This document shows, one piece after another, positions 19,489 to 29,768 of a stretch of DNA of 64,000 nucleotides. This stretch comes from an uncultured Gammaproteobacteria bacterium. Its GTDB lineage: Bacteria > Patescibacteriota > Patescibacteriia > UBA9934. The stretch is taken from assembly GCA_964355955.1 (NCBI GenBank), contig CAYHFQ010000001.1, positions 39,419 to 103,418 on the forward strand, read 5' to 3'. The notes beneath the pieces are model-generated. The model was not told the origin of the DNA, did no database searches, and saw nothing but the letters and a program-made list of their open reading frames with translations. Each line of letters opens with the position of its first letter. The stretch's first letter is position 1. The position numbers and the translations under genes are program-made.

Positions 19489-22016
19489 ACCTCCGTTTTG
19501 GCTACGTCTTCAGTGGCTTCGGTTAGTGGTACGTCAAGAGCAAGAGCGGTTGGCTCGGTGCGCGTTGTATAGTCAATTGGTCGCACCAATTTCTCGGTGT
19601 AACCAGGTTTGCTATAGCTGACGTAATACTGACTTGGTCCGACTAAAAAGGCGTAGCGACCGAAACGATCCGTTAAAACCGTTTCGATAAGTTTATTATA
19701 CACGGGCTCGAACAATCTGACGACGGTGTTACTCACAGGTTGCTTAGTCACCTCATCGTAAACAATTCCCCAGCCTTTTGGTTTACGGACGCGAGCTAAG
19801 CGACGCACTAAAATATAAACAATTATTTGCACGGCACACATGATAGCAGTGAAAATTGTAGGTGTAATGATGAACACGATGGCGGAGAGAATAATACCGG
19901 CGATGGCGACTATTTGCTGGCCATGACGTAAGAGACGAATGAGCGCGGCGTTACGAGGAGTGGCGAGCGTGATAGCACCAGCTGGATCGAGCGGAATATT
20001 GGCGGCAATAGTTGCCTCCTGATCCGTAACGGTGATAACTTGGCCCGTGTAGACATCGAGGAAGGTGCCGTCGTCTTTTTTACCTTGTAGAATTACACTT
20101 GGGAAGGAATAGTTTGGCTTGAGGACTTCGATAGTGTAGGTGCCAGCCGCAATGGATAACAAATACTCACCTTTTTGGTTGGTGACGACACTGCGGATAA
20201 GTTTATGTTCGGGGCTAGAAAATAGGCGGATGATAGCGAGATCCACCGGAAGTTTGGTGGCGGCGTTATAAACGGTGCCGAAGGCCTTGCGCTTGCGGCG
20301 AGCGAAGAAGAGGAAGGGGGCAGTGAAGAGATATTGCAAGTAGGGGAAGAGGCTGAAGGAGGAGGCGAGAACGACGGCTGAAGTAGCAGCGAGGACGGCT
20401 GTGGCTGGTGTGGCTATGTCTGTGGCGACTTGAACGGCGGGAATCTCACGAATAATATCGAGCTGAGTGGTGACGGCAGAGATTGCGACTGCTACGGCAC
20501 CTGTTGGCTCGACCGGGACTGGAGCAATGACGAGTTGTTTGAGTTCGATGGATGAGGCGAGGATGTGGTTAGTGACCGTAATGGTGGCGCTAGTTCCCTC
20601 TTGATAACCGAGATGACTGGCGGTGATTTGGTAAGTACCGTTCGGGACGTAAAAAGAATAGGAGCCACTGCTGCCGACGAGTACTGGGTTGATGGCACCG
20701 TAGGCCGAGGCGTTCCAGGCAGTACGTGAGCCGCCGCTAGTTTGGTAGACGGTCACCATGGCGCCACTGACCGGCACCCATGATTTATTGATGACTTCGT
20801 AGACCATGCCGCTGCCTTGGACGTTGAGCGTGTAGGAGGAGGTGCTGGCAGTGCCATCGGAGTGGTCGGCTTGAATGGTGAGCGCGGTATCGACGGATGG
20901 TAAGACGATGTTGGCAGTGTAAGTACCGCCACTGGCGACTAAAACGTAGGCAACGTGGTCTATGATGACACGAGCTTCGGTAACGGGAACAGATTCGTCT
21001 AGGGTGACGCTGATGGTGGAAGAAGTGCCAGCGAGAGTAGTAAAAGTGTTAGCGTCTGGAGTGAGCGTCAGGCCACCGTCGACGATGAGAACGGCTGAGG
21101 TTGTAGTAGCTGGAATGACTGGTGGTTCGGTGATGGCTGGTTCAACTGGTGGCGTGGTTGGTTCGGAGGTAGGTGGTGTTGTAGCTGGGGCCGAGTCTGG
21201 AGAAGAAGCTGGCGATGGCGCTGGACTTGGAGCAGGCACTGGAGTTGGTGACGGTGTAGGAGATGGTTCTGGAGTTGGGATAGGTTCTGGGGTTGGTTCG
21301 GGCGTCGGCTCGGGAGTAGGATCGACGGGTGGAATGTCTGGTACGGGGTCTGGAGTTGGATCGGGCGTAGGGGTTGGATCTGGAGTGGGATCGCCGCCGC
21401 AAGCGCCACAGCCGTTGCCACCGTTATTATTGTCAGCTGGAGCTGCGATGGTGCCAGAAACGCCGCCCGAATTACTAGTTACGAAGGGTAAGGGGATGGA
21501 GCCAGAGTCGCCGAAGGTACCGCCGAGCGTAATGTAATAGGTGGCCGCGATGATTGGATTAGTAATTTGGTGTGTGCCACTGCCAGAAGCTGAGGCATTA
21601 GTGCCGACTTCCACCACGACTGAACTGCCGAGAGCGATGTCTCCGCCGTTGCCAGCACAGATGGTGATAGTAAGGACGTTACCAGCCATGGCGACCGAGG
21701 CTTGGTCGGCGCCAGCACAGTTGCTAGCAGTGGTGAGGTCCACACCATCGTCGGCAATATCTACGTCGTCCTCTGTGATGCTAGTTGTAGTAAATTGGGA
21801 GGCGAAGGTGAAAGTTAGGGTGCTACCACCACTAATATTACTTGCTGGCACGAAAACGAATTTGTGGTTGGAGGCAGCCGAAATGACGAGCGATGATGGT
21901 TGATCGTAAAGATCGGTTACGGTGGCGGCTTGGGCGAGGTTGGTTAACGGCAAAACACACACTCCTCCGAGTATGACAAAAAAAGTAGCACGTAAAGCTA
22001 GGAAAAACTTCCTCAC
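19485..22016 (-). CDS. Large surface protein (843 aa) with a PT-rich linker, three CarboxypepD_reg-like domains and C-terminal TM helices
   Basis: Signal peptide. ([13 protein letters not shown]…) linker. Repeats of the form GxVYxxxTKxPVxxAxVRLF…GxYxF…GxYxIxxxKPGY. A hydrophobic segment near the C-terminus. Confidence 0.6.
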   Translation of the reverse strand: MRKFFLALRATFFVILGGVCVLPLTNLAQAATVTDLYDQPSSLVISAASNHKFVFVPASNISGGSTLTFTFASQFTTTSITEDDVDIADDGVDLTTASNCAGADQASVAMAGNVLTITICAGNGGDIALGSSVVVEVGTNASASGSGTHQITNPIIAATYYITLGGTFGDSGSIPLPFVTSNSGGVSGTIAAPADNNNGGNGCGACGGDPTPDPTPTPDPTPDPVPDIPPVDPTPEPTPEPTPEPIPTPEPSPTPSPTPVPAPSPAPSPASSPDSAPATTPPTSEPTTPPVEPAITEPPVIPATTTSAVLIVDGGLTLTPDANTFTTLAGTSSTISVTLDESVPVTEARVIIDHVAYVLVASGGTYTANIVLPSVDTALTIQADHSDGTASTSSYTLNVQGSGMVYEVINKSWVPVSGAMVTVYQTSGGSRTAWNASAYGAINPVLVGSSGSYSFYVPNGTYQITASHLGYQEGTSATITVTNHILASSIELKQLVIAPVPVEPTGAVAVAISAVTTQLDIIREIPAVQVATDIATPATAVLAATSAVVLASSFSLFPYLQYLFTAPFLFFARRKRKAFGTVYNAATKLPVDLAIIRLFSSPEHKLIRSVVTNQKGEYLLSIAAGTYTIEVLKPNYSFPSVILQGKKDDGTFLDVYTGQVITVTDQEATIAANIPLDPAGAITLATPRNAALIRLLRHGQQIVAIAGIILSAIVFIITPTIFTAIMCAVQIIVYILVRRLARVRKPKGWGIVYDEVTKQPVSNTVVRLFEPVYNKLIETVLTDRFGRYAFLVGPSQYYVSYSKPGYTEKLVRPIDYTTRTEPTALALDVPLTEATEDVAKTEV

Positions 22017-22025
22017 ACTGTGGTT

Positions 22026-22946
22026 TTACCGCCGACTGCGATGCCTGCGGACAGAGACTGTGATGATTGCACCAAGCCCGATGATGACTGCCAAGGCTCG
22101 CCAAGGCAGCACTATGACGTGCGTGGCTTGGTTGAGCGTGGCGTCAGCGCCGGGATATGGGGCGGCCAACAGTTCTGCCGTAAAGAAGCCAACTTTAAGA
22201 TTGGTAACTTCGCGCCATAACTCTTGAAAGAAGTTGCCAGTGACACGAGTAGCGCCCCAGGTGGCAGTGAAGGCTCGGTTCTGAGCCGAAGGAATGCGCC
22301 TGAGAGTTGGATTCATGTCGAAGGTCGCGACTCGTTTACTGAAAACATTATACACCGTAACGGTGCCGAATGGTTGGAGTGTGCGGTCGCCGTTGTTGAT
22401 AATGTTGCTAGTGAAGTCTAGGGGCAATGAACTAGTAATGAATGATGAAGCCGAAAAGCTACTAAGCACTGGAAGAACTGACGGTTGACCAATGGTGACG
22501 AAGATGAGGCTGCTGACGCCGGGCGTAACCTGAACTGCAGCCGCTGCGGCGACTTCACGGATGATTACGCCGATGACGAGAGAGCTGGCGGTGGTGTTGG
22601 TTGGAGGTGCGACAGCAAGCGTAACTGTTTTTTGTTGGTTGGCGTCGAGAGTGAAGGCTTGAGTGTCGATGGTGACAGATGAATTCAGTGAAGTTGGCCA
22701 GGCGTCGAAGATAGGCTCACTAGTAATAGGATCGAAATGGACGAGGTTGAGGGTTGTTTGGTAGTTCTTGGTGTCAGTTGAATCGTTAGTGAGAGTAAAA
22801 ATCTTTGTAAGAGACTCGCCGGGCATTAAGGATAAATCTGTGGCGGTTGGCGTGAATGACATGGCTTGAACCGAACTTGGTAATACAAAAATCAAGAGCG
22901 TAAAAACGGCGAGTAATAAGTGGCGAAGACTAGTAGTCGCCGACAT
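22026..22946 (-). CDS. Cell-surface protein, DUF916/DUF3324-like (signal peptide plus C-terminal TM anchor and RRHRSRR tail)
   Basis: Architecture typical of WxL-cluster-associated surface proteins. The start is chosen at MSATTSLRHLLLAVFTLLIF; the maximal ORF extends to 23057. Confidence 0.5.
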   Translation of the reverse strand: MSATTSLRHLLLAVFTLLIFVLPSSVQAMSFTPTATDLSLMPGESLTKIFTLTNDSTDTKNYQTTLNLVHFDPITSEPIFDAWPTSLNSSVTIDTQAFTLDANQQKTVTLAVAPPTNTTASSLVIGVIIREVAAAAAVQVTPGVSSLIFVTIGQPSVLPVLSSFSASSFITSSLPLDFTSNIINNGDRTLQPFGTVTVYNVFSKRVATFDMNPTLRRIPSAQNRAFTATWGATRVTGNFFQELWREVTNLKVGFFTAELLAAPYPGADATLNQATHVIVLPWRALAVIIGLGAIITVSVRRHRSRR

Positions 22947-23844
22947 AAATGAGGCTAAGGGTTTGCGTATAGGTGCCGGAAGCCTGGCCGCTGATTGGCG
23001 CAACCTTGAGGGTGAGGAAGTCGCGGGTGCTAAAACTGTTGTCGCTACGGCTGGCAACTTGCTGGAGCGATGAAGTGATGGCCGTGTCTACCGTGTCGAA
23101 GGTTGATGATGTAAGGCTGGTGTCAGAGGACTTGGCGCCATATTCCCCCGCACTAGCACTAACTGTGCCGTCGGCGACATCTGTGATTGCTACGCTGTCG
23201 GCGTTTCGGAGGTCGTGATCCTCCATGACGTAGACACTGTAGCCCTGGGCGACGTCGGCGGTAACGTCCCAGCCAATCAGCGAGGTGGTGACGGCAGACG
23301 AGGTGAGCGTACCGAGGTCGAGAGTGTTGCCTGAAAGGCGGTAGACAAGGTCATTACTGCCGTCAATTGTTGGCCCAGCCCCGTTAAATGCGTCGACTGT
23401 AATAATTGGGCTAGCGATAGAGGTTATTTTTCCTATTTCGGCGACCTGGCTGCTGCCCTCGTCCTGAATGACCGCGATGTAGTCCCCAACCGAGTAACCC
23501 GAGGTGGAAGTGACAGTGACGGTAGTGGCAGTAGCGCTAGAGGCGGCGACGGCGCTCGACCGCAGTTGAGAGTTGACGGTGAAGTCCGCCACACGGTCGT
23601 AAACGCCGGCTCGGTAGCCGGAGTTTAGCTGGTAGCTGGCCGAGGAAGAGGCGCCTTGGACAAAGCCGAAGTTGTCGCGCAGTTTGTAGGTGGCGGAGGA
23701 CGCGGTATCTGATCCGCCGACGCCGACCGAGTCCCAACCGATGGAGTAATTGGTAGAAGACATGACAGCCAAAACCTGAGGGGCGTTCGAGGCCAATGCT
23801 AAGAGAAACATGACTAGCAAGATGAGGCGCCAACGTCGCTGCAT
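22930..23844 (-). CDS. Secreted Ser/Thr-rich surface protein, first gene of the surface operon
   Basis: Signal peptide MQRRWRLILLVMFLLALASNAPQVLA. Two IGWD motifs. Low-complexity S/T-rich sequence. Confidence 0.5.
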   Translation of the reverse strand: MQRRWRLILLVMFLLALASNAPQVLAVMSSTNYSIGWDSVGVGGSDTASSATYKLRDNFGFVQGASSSASYQLNSGYRAGVYDRVADFTVNSQLRSSAVAASSATATTVTVTSTSGYSVGDYIAVIQDEGSSQVAEIGKITSIASPIITVDAFNGAGPTIDGSNDLVYRLSGNTLDLGTLTSSAVTTSLIGWDVTADVAQGYSVYVMEDHDLRNADSVAITDVADGTVSASAGEYGAKSSDTSLTSSTFDTVDTAITSSLQQVASRSDNSFSTRDFLTLKVAPISGQASGTYTQTLSLIYVGDY

Positions 23845-23849
23845 ATGGC

Positions 23850-24850
23850 CACAGTATACCGCTAAAGGCTCGACTGAACCATGTTGGGTGACCCGTCACT
23901 GTTGGTAACTCGTGGATTAATTGAATACTTAAATTAAATTTTGTAAGTTTCACACTGTTTCATGTAGATGTCTACTCTAGCGTAGACAAAAATGGGTGTT
24001 TTTGGCTATTTTTACACTTTTCGATACTTAAATTTGGGTGAATTTTGAATAATTTACACAGGCAAAAGCCGGTAACTGTGGATAACTTTTGTCAGAACTA
24101 AGGTGATATTTAGTAACGGTTCTGAGCGTTACAGTTACCTGCGGCGGTTATTATATTTTGGTTTTGATCACTCCGAAACCTGTCTATGAGCATGTCACCG
24201 AAATCAATAACTGGTAAGGTTTCAGATTCATAATTTAAGAAAATTTAACTAAATTTTGACTTGGATGAATACAAAAATTACGTAAATTTGTCTATGGCGT
24301 GTTGGGCATAATCTATAATCAATGTTATATATAATTTGGCTAGTATTAGCCTAAATTTGTTTTATTCCGATTTAAAATTGATTCGTAGACCGGCGGTTTG
24401 GTAATAAAATTAATAATAACAATCATATAAAAGTGGATAAATATCTGATCCTTATACCGAAAGTGTGTTTTGAATTTACTGAACTTGAAAAATATTAGTT
24501 AGCCATATATCTAGTAGTAACAATTCTGTAAATTTATAGAGATTCGACACTTATCCACACAATCCACAGGTTATCAACAGAAATTTATCGTTGAAATGAC
24601 CAATAAAAACCCTGTTACACGTGCCATTTATCAAAAATCCCAATAAAATCGCAAAAAAACAAAATCAGTCACCTGAGTGACTGATTTTGGTTGCCGAATT
24701 CATCTCGCTGATATATTCGATTGCCTGCAAACTGATATATCGCCACTGCATCAACGAACGCTGAGCGTAGTTGAATGACAAGTGGCAAACTCGTTGTCAA
24801 CCCACTAAAGCTGAGTTTTAGTGATATGCCGACAACCGAGCTGAGCTCGG
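23850..24850. other. ~1-kb AT-rich non-coding region with DnaA-box-like 9-mers (candidate oriC or promoter hub)
   Basis: No ORF longer than 70 aa. TGTGGATAA at 24077-24085, TTATCCACA at 24551-24559, and nearby AATCCACAG and TTATCAACA. It lies upstream of the surface operon and is flanked by tRNAs. Confidence 0.35.
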
Positions 24851-24854
24851 GTGG

Positions 24855-24927
24855 ACCTGAGCGGATTCGAACCGCTGACCTCTGCAATGCGAATGCAGCG
24901 CTCTACCAACTGAGCCACAAGCCCTCA
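24855..24927 (-). tRNA. tRNA-Ala (anticodon CGC)
   Basis: Cloverleaf folded by hand. Acceptor GGGCTTG/CAGGTCC with a G3:U70 pair. Anticodon loop TTCGCAT. T-loop GGTTCGAATCC. CCA is not encoded. Confidence 0.85.
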
Positions 24928-25002
24928 TTGTAACTTTGTAAACAGAGTTGTAACACGTGCTGTAACTTATTTGTCTAGAATAGCCTAGACAAATATCTTT
25001 CT

Positions 25003-25079
25003 TGGTGACCTCGACAGGAGTTGAACCTGTAACCTTGTCCTTAGGACGGACCTGCTCTATCCAGTTGAGCTACGAGGTC
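25003..25079 (-). tRNA. tRNA-Arg (anticodon CCT)
   Basis: Acceptor GACCTCG/CGAGGTC. D-arm GCTC-AACTGGATA-GAGC. Anticodon loop GTCCTAA. T-arm ACAGG-TTCAACT-CCTGT. CCA is encoded. Confidence 0.8.
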
Positions 25080-25336
25080 ATATTCCAGCCCTGCCAGCTT
25101 TGGCCTATTTTGGGCTTGTTGCGGCGTCGACTTCTTCAACTCACGACCAAAGTGAGTCTCAGAAAGTCGACTTGCTCCGCACCCAAACTAGTCTCAAATC
25201 TGACAGTCCTGTCTGCTCTGTTCATCGAAACTAGCCTCAAATCTGAAAGTTCCGCGTACATCGTTCGTCTGTTGTCGTGCTATACTACAAGCTCGAGAAC
25301 AGGGCGAGTATAGTCATTTTTAAGCTTTGGGTCAAT

Positions 25337-26473
25337 ATGGAAAATATCCTGCTCGTGATTACTTTAGTTGTACTGGTGGCTAGTGTAACGTTTTATTTTT
25401 ATCGTGAGGTTAGCAAAAAAACCGACGGTGGAGAGCTGGCTAAAGAATTAGGAACGGCGCTCGATAACTTACGCCAGGAGATGCAGCGCTTGAATAGCGA
25501 GCAGCGCCAAGAGGTCCATGCCAAGCTTGATCGAACAAATGATCAATTATACCGAGGGATTAGCGACTCGCAAAAGAGTGCAGCAGCCCAGTTCGAACAG
25601 ATGATGAAGAACATGCAGGATGCCAGCAAAACTATGCAGGATGTGACAGGTAAGCTGGCTACACTCGATGCAACCAATAAGCAGGTGCTCGATTTCTCGT
25701 CACAATTGCAGAATTTGCAGAATATTTTAAAGAATCCTAAGCAACGTGGTGTGCTAGGTGAGTACTGGCTCGAAACGTTATTGGGCAACGTCCTACCGAA
25801 GGATGCTTATAAGGTGCAATATCATCTTGGTGTAAACGAAGCTACTGGCAAGGAATTGATTGCAGATGCCGTGATTCTGGTGCGCGATCAGATTATTCCG
25901 ATTGATGCTAAGTTTAGCCTGGAGAATTACAATCGCTTGATGGAGGAGCAAGACCCAGCTCGCAAAGTACAACTGGAAAAAGACTTGAAGTCTGATATTC
26001 AAACGCGAATTGATGAAACGTCAAAGTATATTCAACAACAGAACGGCACCATGAACTTTGCCTTCATGTTTATTCCGGCTGAGGGTGTCTACTACAATTT
26101 GATGAATGCGGAGATTGGTTCCGGCATTAACAGCCGTAATTTGCTGGAATACGCCTTCAGCAAACACGTAATGATTGTTTCGCCGACGTCGTTCTTTGCT
26201 TACTTGCAGACCGTGCTGCTAGGACTGCGAGAGTTACAGCTCGAGAAATCAACCCAGGACATTTTAAAGCGTGTGGCCGATTTGGGTAAGCATTTCCGAG
26301 CCTTTGCGGAGTTCCATAGCAAGGTTGGTAATAACTTAACGACAGTCATTAACCAATATAACTTGTCGAGTAATGAACTCAAGAAGATGAGTAAGGATGT
26401 GGTGAAGATTACGGATGGCTCGAGCGATGAAGTGCTCGAGATGGCGACGATTGAGAGGCCGGTGATTGAATAG
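25337..26473 (+). CDS. rmuC: DNA recombination protein RmuC
   Basis: N-terminal TM, then a long coiled-coil, then the conserved RmuC C-terminal domain (…FAFMFIPAEGVYYN…MIVSPTSFFAYLQTV…). Confidence 0.8.
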   Translation: MENILLVITLVVLVASVTFYFYREVSKKTDGGELAKELGTALDNLRQEMQRLNSEQRQEVHAKLDRTNDQLYRGISDSQKSAAAQFEQMMKNMQDASKTMQDVTGKLATLDATNKQVLDFSSQLQNLQNILKNPKQRGVLGEYWLETLLGNVLPKDAYKVQYHLGVNEATGKELIADAVILVRDQIIPIDAKFSLENYNRLMEEQDPARKVQLEKDLKSDIQTRIDETSKYIQQQNGTMNFAFMFIPAEGVYYNLMNAEIGSGINSRNLLEYAFSKHVMIVSPTSFFAYLQTVLLGLRELQLEKSTQDILKRVADLGKHFRAFAEFHSKVGNNLTTVINQYNLSSNELKKMSKDVVKITDGSSDEVLEMATIERPVIE

Positions 26474-26487
26474 ACCAGCCAACCCAA

Positions 26488-26520
26488 ATAGTGATAAACT
26501 CCAATAGACTTAGTTTATTG
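26488..26520 (+). terminator. Rho-independent terminator after rmuC
   Basis: AAACTCCAATAgacttagtTTATTGGAGTTTTG. Confidence 0.55.
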
Positions 26521-26532
26521 GAGTTTTGTATT

Positions 26533-26997
26533 ATGAATGATTTAGAATATTTAGCACTAGCGACAAAACAAGCAAGAAGCTCGGCTGAACAAGGCGGCTT
26601 TCCGGCTGGAGCCGTGCTGGTGAAGGATGGCTTGGTTGTTGCCCAAGGAGTGAGTATTGGTGCTACATTGTGTGATCCGACAAGCCACGGCGAGATAGCG
26701 ACGATTCGCGAGGCCTGCAATCAACTTAAAACGACGAGTTTAATTGGAGCAACGCTTTATACGTCGATGGAGCCATGCTTAATGTGTTTCTGTGCAGCTT
26801 ATTGGGCCGATGTGTCCAGGATTGTTTATGGTTGTCGACGAACGCCGGAGATGATTAAGAATGGTTATTATCAAGGGACTACGGAGATTGCGATGGTAAA
26901 TGCGGATAATAATCGAAAGATTCAATTAGAGTTTAGACCTGAATTTGAAGATGAAGTACAGCAACTAATTTCTGATTGGGCTGAGAGTGTTATATAA
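26533..26997 (+). CDS. CMP/dCMP-type zinc deaminase (TadA-like or guanine deaminase family)
   Basis: HGE…PCLMC zinc-binding signature (HGEIATIREA … MEPCLMCFCA). Confidence 0.75.
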   Translation: MNDLEYLALATKQARSSAEQGGFPAGAVLVKDGLVVAQGVSIGATLCDPTSHGEIATIREACNQLKTTSLIGATLYTSMEPCLMCFCAAYWADVSRIVYGCRRTPEMIKNGYYQGTTEIAMVNADNNRKIQLEFRPEFEDEVQQLISDWAESVI

Positions 26998-26998
26998 T

Positions 26999-27568
26999 AT
27001 GAAAATTATTCTCGGTTCGCAATCCAGGTTTAGGGCGCAGGCGCTGATGGAGGCGGGGATTGTGGTGGATGAATGTATAAGTCCGGGGATAGATGAGAAA
27101 GCGATACGAAATGATAATCCGGAAGAGTTGGTGCTGGCGTTGGCTAAGGCGAAAGCTGCAGCGATAATCGATAAGATTGATGGGCCGGCGATTTTGATTA
27201 CGGCGGATCAAGTGGTGATGTGTAATGGCGAAATACGGGAGAGGCCGGTAGATAGGGCGGAGGCAATAAGGTTTTTGGCAAGTTATGTAGCGTGGCCAGC
27301 AGTGGTAGTAAATGGACTGCAAGTGACGAATACGGCGACGGGTAAAGTGGCGACCGGGATTGATCGGTCCGAGATTATTTATAAGCCTACGCTGCTCGCG
27401 AAGATTGAAGAGATAGTGGATAATTCGTTTGCGCTTGAGGCGGCAGGTGCGTTAGTGGAGGAGAATCCGATGATGATTCCGCATGAGCTGAGACGAACAG
27501 GGGAGATTGATAGTTTTATGGGCATGCCGATTGAGTTGGTGAAGAGGTTGATGAGGGAAGTTGAGTAA
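26999..27568 (+). CDS. maf: Maf-like nucleoside triphosphate pyrophosphatase (septum formation protein Maf)
   Basis: MKIILGSQSRFR… N-terminus and overall Maf family pattern. Confidence 0.8.
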   Translation: MKIILGSQSRFRAQALMEAGIVVDECISPGIDEKAIRNDNPEELVLALAKAKAAAIIDKIDGPAILITADQVVMCNGEIRERPVDRAEAIRFLASYVAWPAVVVNGLQVTNTATGKVATGIDRSEIIYKPTLLAKIEEIVDNSFALEAAGALVEENPMMIPHELRRTGEIDSFMGMPIELVKRLMREVE

Positions 27569-27572
27569 CACA

Positions 27573-27612
27573 AAACGTTACACCAGTTCGGTGTAACGTT
27601 TTATGTGTGATC
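27573..27612. terminator. Bidirectional terminator between maf (+) and rpsT (-)
   Basis: AAAACGTTACACCagttcGGTGTAACGTTTT: a perfect 13-bp stem with flanking A- and T-runs. Confidence 0.65.
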
Positions 27613-27619
27613 GCGTCAA

Positions 27620-27889
27620 TTACTTTTTGAGAGCTAGGTTGAGCTTGGCGGCCAAGCGGGACTTGGTGCGACCAGCGGTGTTGGCGCTGATGACGTTCTT
27701 GCCAGCGGCTTTGTCCAAGGCTTGGGTCAACTTAGCGTAGATGGTCTTAGCATCCATAGCTTTGCCGGCTTCCAAGGCTTTGCGGAACTGGCGCTTCAAG
27801 CTGTCGACGAGGTTGCGGCGAACGGCGTTACGTTCAGCGCGCTTATTGGCTTGACGCAAGGCTTTGATGGCGTTTTGTAGGTTTGGCAT
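27620..27889 (-). CDS. rpsT: 30S ribosomal protein S20
   Basis: 89 aa, basic. MPNLQNAIKALRQANKRAERN… is the typical S20 N-terminus. Confidence 0.88.
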   Translation of the reverse strand: MPNLQNAIKALRQANKRAERNAVRRNLVDSLKRQFRKALEAGKAMDAKTIYAKLTQALDKAAGKNVISANTAGRTKSRLAAKLNLALKK

Positions 27890-27930
27890 AACAAAATTGG
27901 TGGGGAATTGATTAACTCAAGATTGTGCGA

Positions 27931-27959
27931 AGTGTAGCGGAAGTTCGAAAAAACGTCAA
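27931..27959 (-). promoter_or_regulatory. Sigma70-like promoter of rpsT
   Basis: Minus strand reads TTGACG-17 nt-TACACT. It shares the 15-mer TTCCGCTACACTTCG with the ychF promoter. Confidence 0.55.
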
Positions 27960-28047
27960 GAAACCGTGCCTTAAACAGAATGAGGACCCCAACCCGGCGG
28001 CTGGCCAGATAGGGTCCTCGACGACGCGGTTCTATGTGGTTTTGTAC

Positions 28048-28617
28048 CTACTGACGGGGAACTGCCGTCAGAGCTTTTCCGCCATAGGTGTCACCTAACG
28101 AGCAGATGAGTGTTCGGATCTGGTTCTTGCGCTTCGTGACGCCCAGAATGTAACGATTCTCAACCTCGACATGATCACGCACGGAGCTTGTGTCTACGAG
28201 ACGGAAGATCGTCCCACAGACCACCAGCATGCTGAACCAGCTATCTGGGAAGAGGCTGGGATCCGCCTTGATGTGATCGATGATGTGACTCGGCAGCACG
28301 CTAGGATGTTCACTCAGCATGACCTTGCCGACCAGGAAGGCGTCGGACAACTGAGTAGGACAGAAGCGAACGTCAAGCCTATTGAAATCGAACCGGCCAC
28401 GGAAAAGGTTCGGCAGCTGATCCTCCTCATAGTAGGCATAACCCTCAGGGATCTTGGGGGTGACGGAGCAGTCGACCCAGACAGGCCTGCTGGAGGTGAT
28501 GAACTGGCGAAGGTGTTGGCGATCCTGAGCCATGGCGAGCAGATCCGCCGAGGTACCGTCTTCGGCAGCGATACTGGCAAGGAGGGTGTTGATACTGGAT
28601 TGGTCGAAAGAGTGCAT
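28048..28617 (-). CDS. Hypothetical protein (GC-rich)
   Basis: 189-aa ORF between holA and rpsT on the same strand. No recognisable motif. Confidence 0.4.
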   Translation of the reverse strand: MHSFDQSSINTLLASIAAEDGTSADLLAMAQDRQHLRQFITSSRPVWVDCSVTPKIPEGYAYYEEDQLPNLFRGRFDFNRLDVRFCPTQLSDAFLVGKVMLSEHPSVLPSHIIDHIKADPSLFPDSWFSMLVVCGTIFRLVDTSSVRDHVEVENRYILGVTKRKNQIRTLICSLGDTYGGKALTAVPRQ

Positions 28618-28686
28618 GGGAACTCCTGCAGGTGGGAAAGGGAAGCCACCTAGCGGCAGCCTATCACAAATTAGCCCTAGAGCAAA

Positions 28687-29658
28687 CTAAATAGCCAGCA
28701 TTTCAGCCACAAGGCGGTCCACAGCCAGGCCGGCGTCTAGGCCGCCGGTTTTGGCGTCGTGGTCTAGTTTGACGAGGAGTTGATGGAGATTCAAAAGCTG
28801 GAGGAGGGTGAAGCGCTTGGCTTGGCTGGTGGCTTTGCCGGCTACGAACGGGTGTAAGGAGAGGCGTTTGGCGACGTCCGCCGCGGCCCCAGGCTCGTCG
28901 GCGAGGAGGACGCGGATCTGTAGGAGAATGCGGATTTGGCGGGCCAACATGGTGAGGAGGTAGAAGTCGACGGAACCGGCGGCCCGTTCTGTGGCCAAGA
29001 GGCGCAGTGCGTTTTTGGCGTCGCGCTGACTGATAGCATCCACGAAGGCGAAAATGTTAGATTCACTGGAGCTTTGGACGAGTAGGTCGAGCATGGCGGA
29101 CGTGATTGGCTGGCCGCCCGAGTAGGCGACGAGTTTGGCGAGCTCGTTTTGTAGTTGCCAGGCGTCGGAGCCGACCCGCGTGGCGAGATCGGTAGCTGTC
29201 GATAACGTGAGTTGGCCGCCTTGTTTTTTGGCCTCTTCCACCAGCCAGGCGTAGAGAACAGAGCCGGTGCGTTTAACTTCGGAGTAAGTGTGGACTTCAG
29301 CCCCGTCTTTGAGGCGTTTGAAGAGTTCGTGCTTCTCGACCTTAGCGGAATCGAGATTGTCGACGAGGACGAGGATGGTAGAAGACGGGGTTTTGGCGAG
29401 GCCTTCCGCCCACATTATGGCGTCATCTTTCTTGAGGCCGTCCATGAGGTTATGAACAATGACCATACGCTTCTCGCTGAGAAAAGGCGAGGACATGATA
29501 GCCTGGAGCACGTCGGGATAGTCGGTATGGTCTTGGCCGATGGTGAAAGAAGCAAGATTGAGGCCAGTAGTATCAAATTTGGTAGTAAATTGCGTGGTTA
29601 ATTGCAAAAGTTTGGCTTTGAGCCGAACGCCGTCGTCGCCGTAAATGAAAATAATCAT
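28687..29658 (-). CDS. holA: DNA polymerase III delta subunit
   Basis: MIIFIYGDDGVRLKAK… N-terminus and a three-domain holA-like sequence. The maximal ORF extends to 29814, but MIIF is the typical start. Confidence 0.75.
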   Translation of the reverse strand: MIIFIYGDDGVRLKAKLLQLTTQFTTKFDTTGLNLASFTIGQDHTDYPDVLQAIMSSPFLSEKRMVIVHNLMDGLKKDDAIMWAEGLAKTPSSTILVLVDNLDSAKVEKHELFKRLKDGAEVHTYSEVKRTGSVLYAWLVEEAKKQGGQLTLSTATDLATRVGSDAWQLQNELAKLVAYSGGQPITSAMLDLLVQSSSESNIFAFVDAISQRDAKNALRLLATERAAGSVDFYLLTMLARQIRILLQIRVLLADEPGAAADVAKRLSLHPFVAGKATSQAKRFTLLQLLNLHQLLVKLDHDAKTGGLDAGLAVDRLVAEMLAI

Positions 29659-29768
29659 AGCTCCCCGATAGTAACGGATTTTGACGGAAAAAGCGAAGGC
29701 CCCAAGTCCAGGTGGACGAGGGGCCGACACGACGACGGTGAGAGCGGGCGGTGTGGACCGAGCCGATC

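Noticed and set aside
24669-24887. 72-aa minus-strand ORF
   Set aside because: It overlaps tRNA-Ala(CGC) and lies in the AT-rich non-coding region.
25002-25313. 103-aa plus-strand ORF
   Set aside because: It overlaps the minus-strand tRNA-Arg(CCT) gene, and its N-terminus is simply the tRNA sequence read as protein.
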